Part shown: piece by piece, positions 62,301-64,000 of the stretch
How the letters are laid out: each line of letters begins with the position of its first letter
Numbering within the stretch: the first letter of the stretch is position 1
Assembly (NCBI RefSeq): GCF_001194135.2
Contig: NC_068996.1
Span: 27,778,107-27,842,106 of the forward strand
DNA: 64,000 nt
Direction: 5' to 3'
From: Octopus bimaculoides
Taxonomy: Eukaryota
The notes under the pieces: model-generated
Database searches by the model: none
What the model was told of the DNA's origin: nothing
Seen by the model: the letters and a program-made list of their open reading frames with translations, nothing else
Program-made: the position numbers and the translations under genes

Positions 62301-64000
62301 CTTTATCATAAAACAATGCATTACAGTATAAAGTTAACATTGAAGAACAACACTTGATAATATATCCTTGTCAGATTCTAAATCTTTGGCAAAAAATATA
62401 TACAGAATGTGTGAGTGTGTCCTTTTATTTTAAAATAAGTCTCCCACATCCATGATTAGTGAGTAGTTTTGATCAGCGAGTCACGTATGCACACACACAC
62501 ACACACACACGCACAATGTTGAAGTTATAGCTGTATTAAGAAGTTCACTGCACATGTGATTCTGTGTTTGATCTTACTATCAGACATATTTGGCATTGGG
62601 CAAGACTCTTTTACTCTGTGGGTTGCAAAATTCCTTATGATGGAATTTGGTAGACAGTAAGTGTGCATGCAGATGCCTGTCATGTGTGTTTGTGTAATGT
62701 ACACATGTATATCATCATCATCATCATCATCAAATGTCTGTTTTCTATGCAGGCATGGGTTGGATGGTTTGACAGGAACTGGCAAGCTGGTGGATTACAT
62801 CTTGCTCCATTGTTGCTTTGATACGGTTTCTGCAGCTGGATGCTTTTCCAAATGTCAACCTTTTTACAGAATGTACTGAGAGCTTTTTATGTGGCACCAG
62901 CAGGGTCATTTAGTAACTTGCAAGACAAAAAATTCCTCAACTGGGAGGAATAGTATTGAAGATGGCTATGTGCTAGTTGATGAGAAATTAAAAAGTATTG
63001 TGGAGGGATAGAGACAGGTATCTTCCTGTAGAGGAGATACATATATACAAATGTACATGTATATAAATGTGTGTGTGTGTGTGTGTGTATACCTACATAC
63101 ATATATACCTTCAGCACTATTAGCACCAAGCAACATTTAGGCATAAGCAAACTTTAGGTGAGTTAAAATATGTTTGTAACATATTTCAAATTCTAAAGGC
63201 AAATTCACTGCATTTGATATGGAGAAAAATATTCCCTCTTATGGTAAGAGGTGTAGAAACATCATATCTGCCTAGTGCTGTCCCCTATTAGATTCCCAGA
63301 TGCATTTATAGCTCTTTAGTTGTTATCAATGGGAAATAGTGAGGAGAAATAACTCTGAGCAGATTTTAAAACCATGGCTTTAACATTGACTGAGTTGTGC
63401 CATGGGGCTGCCAAGTTGGAAGAAATTCAATTAGTGCCAAATAGTAATTAGGCATAAGCAAACTTCAGGTGGGTGAAAATATGTTTGTGACATATTTCAA
63501 CTTCTAAAAGGAAATTCCTTTACATGATCAAAATTATTTGGTCCTCTGTACTCTATTCTCAAGACATTTCCTAACATATCCAAACAGTCTATACAATATC
63601 AAAACTAAATTGTCTGCAGTTACAATATTCTAGTATATCAACTATTTTTTTTTGTTATTTTCTTAATTATTTTCTATAAATTCTTATAAAAAATGTTTTA
63701 AGTTTCCTTTTATATAAATGTAGTTATTAAAATTCATTTTAATTAATCCTTTGCTTGTCCAAAACATTTTCATAAGTTTCTCCTAAACATCCACGAACCA
63801 TGCTTGTTTTCAGACTTTCAGTTAGCCCTTGTTTCATATGTTCTGAGTAATGCTAAAGTTTCCATCATAAGTTACACTGGTGGTTGAAAAAAATAAAGGG
63901 GTTGTTTATCATATATGATACAGGAACACCAGGCAAATATGTACTGTATATCACATGTAATACATAGGACTAGCAAAGGGTTAAATAAAGAAATTAGTTC

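Noticed and set aside
59347-64000. Next JIP3/4 exon (expected to begin FSxLF)
   Set aside because: Each acceptor I tested led to a stop or an unrelated peptide; the exon is probably beyond the window.

Overview
AT-rich, repeat-dense animal genomic DNA, not prokaryotic. It is most likely a coleoid cephalopod (Octopus); this is inferred from the SINE families I recognise and is not proven. The + strand carries the middle of one intron-rich gene, the JIP3/JIP4 orthologue (MAPK8IP3/SPAG9; Drosophila sunday driver, C. elegans unc-16). Seven core exons (4270-4559, 19554-19656, 21752-21837, 54645-54702, 56521-56577, 57860-58007, 59156-59346) splice in frame and run from the JNK-docking region through leucine zipper II to RH2. 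RH1 and WD40 exons lie outside the window. The ORF track misses a set of frame-preserving phase-1 cassettes and microexons (42, 267, 36, 33, 18 and possibly 12 nt). The 18-nt exon (VSDNFF) appears to match the vertebrate JIP3 neural microexon. Also present: a candidate poison exon with a self-sequestered donor, a candidate 4-kb RNA bridge linking the 18-nt microexon to distal Rbfox/QKI motifs, several long fold-back hairpins (one arm also complementary to an RH2 exon), and many decayed transposons (Helitron, mariner, RTE, CR1/L2, R4-like, CRE-like, piggyBac MITE, SINEs). All coordinates were read by eye and no searches were run; TE boundaries are approximate.
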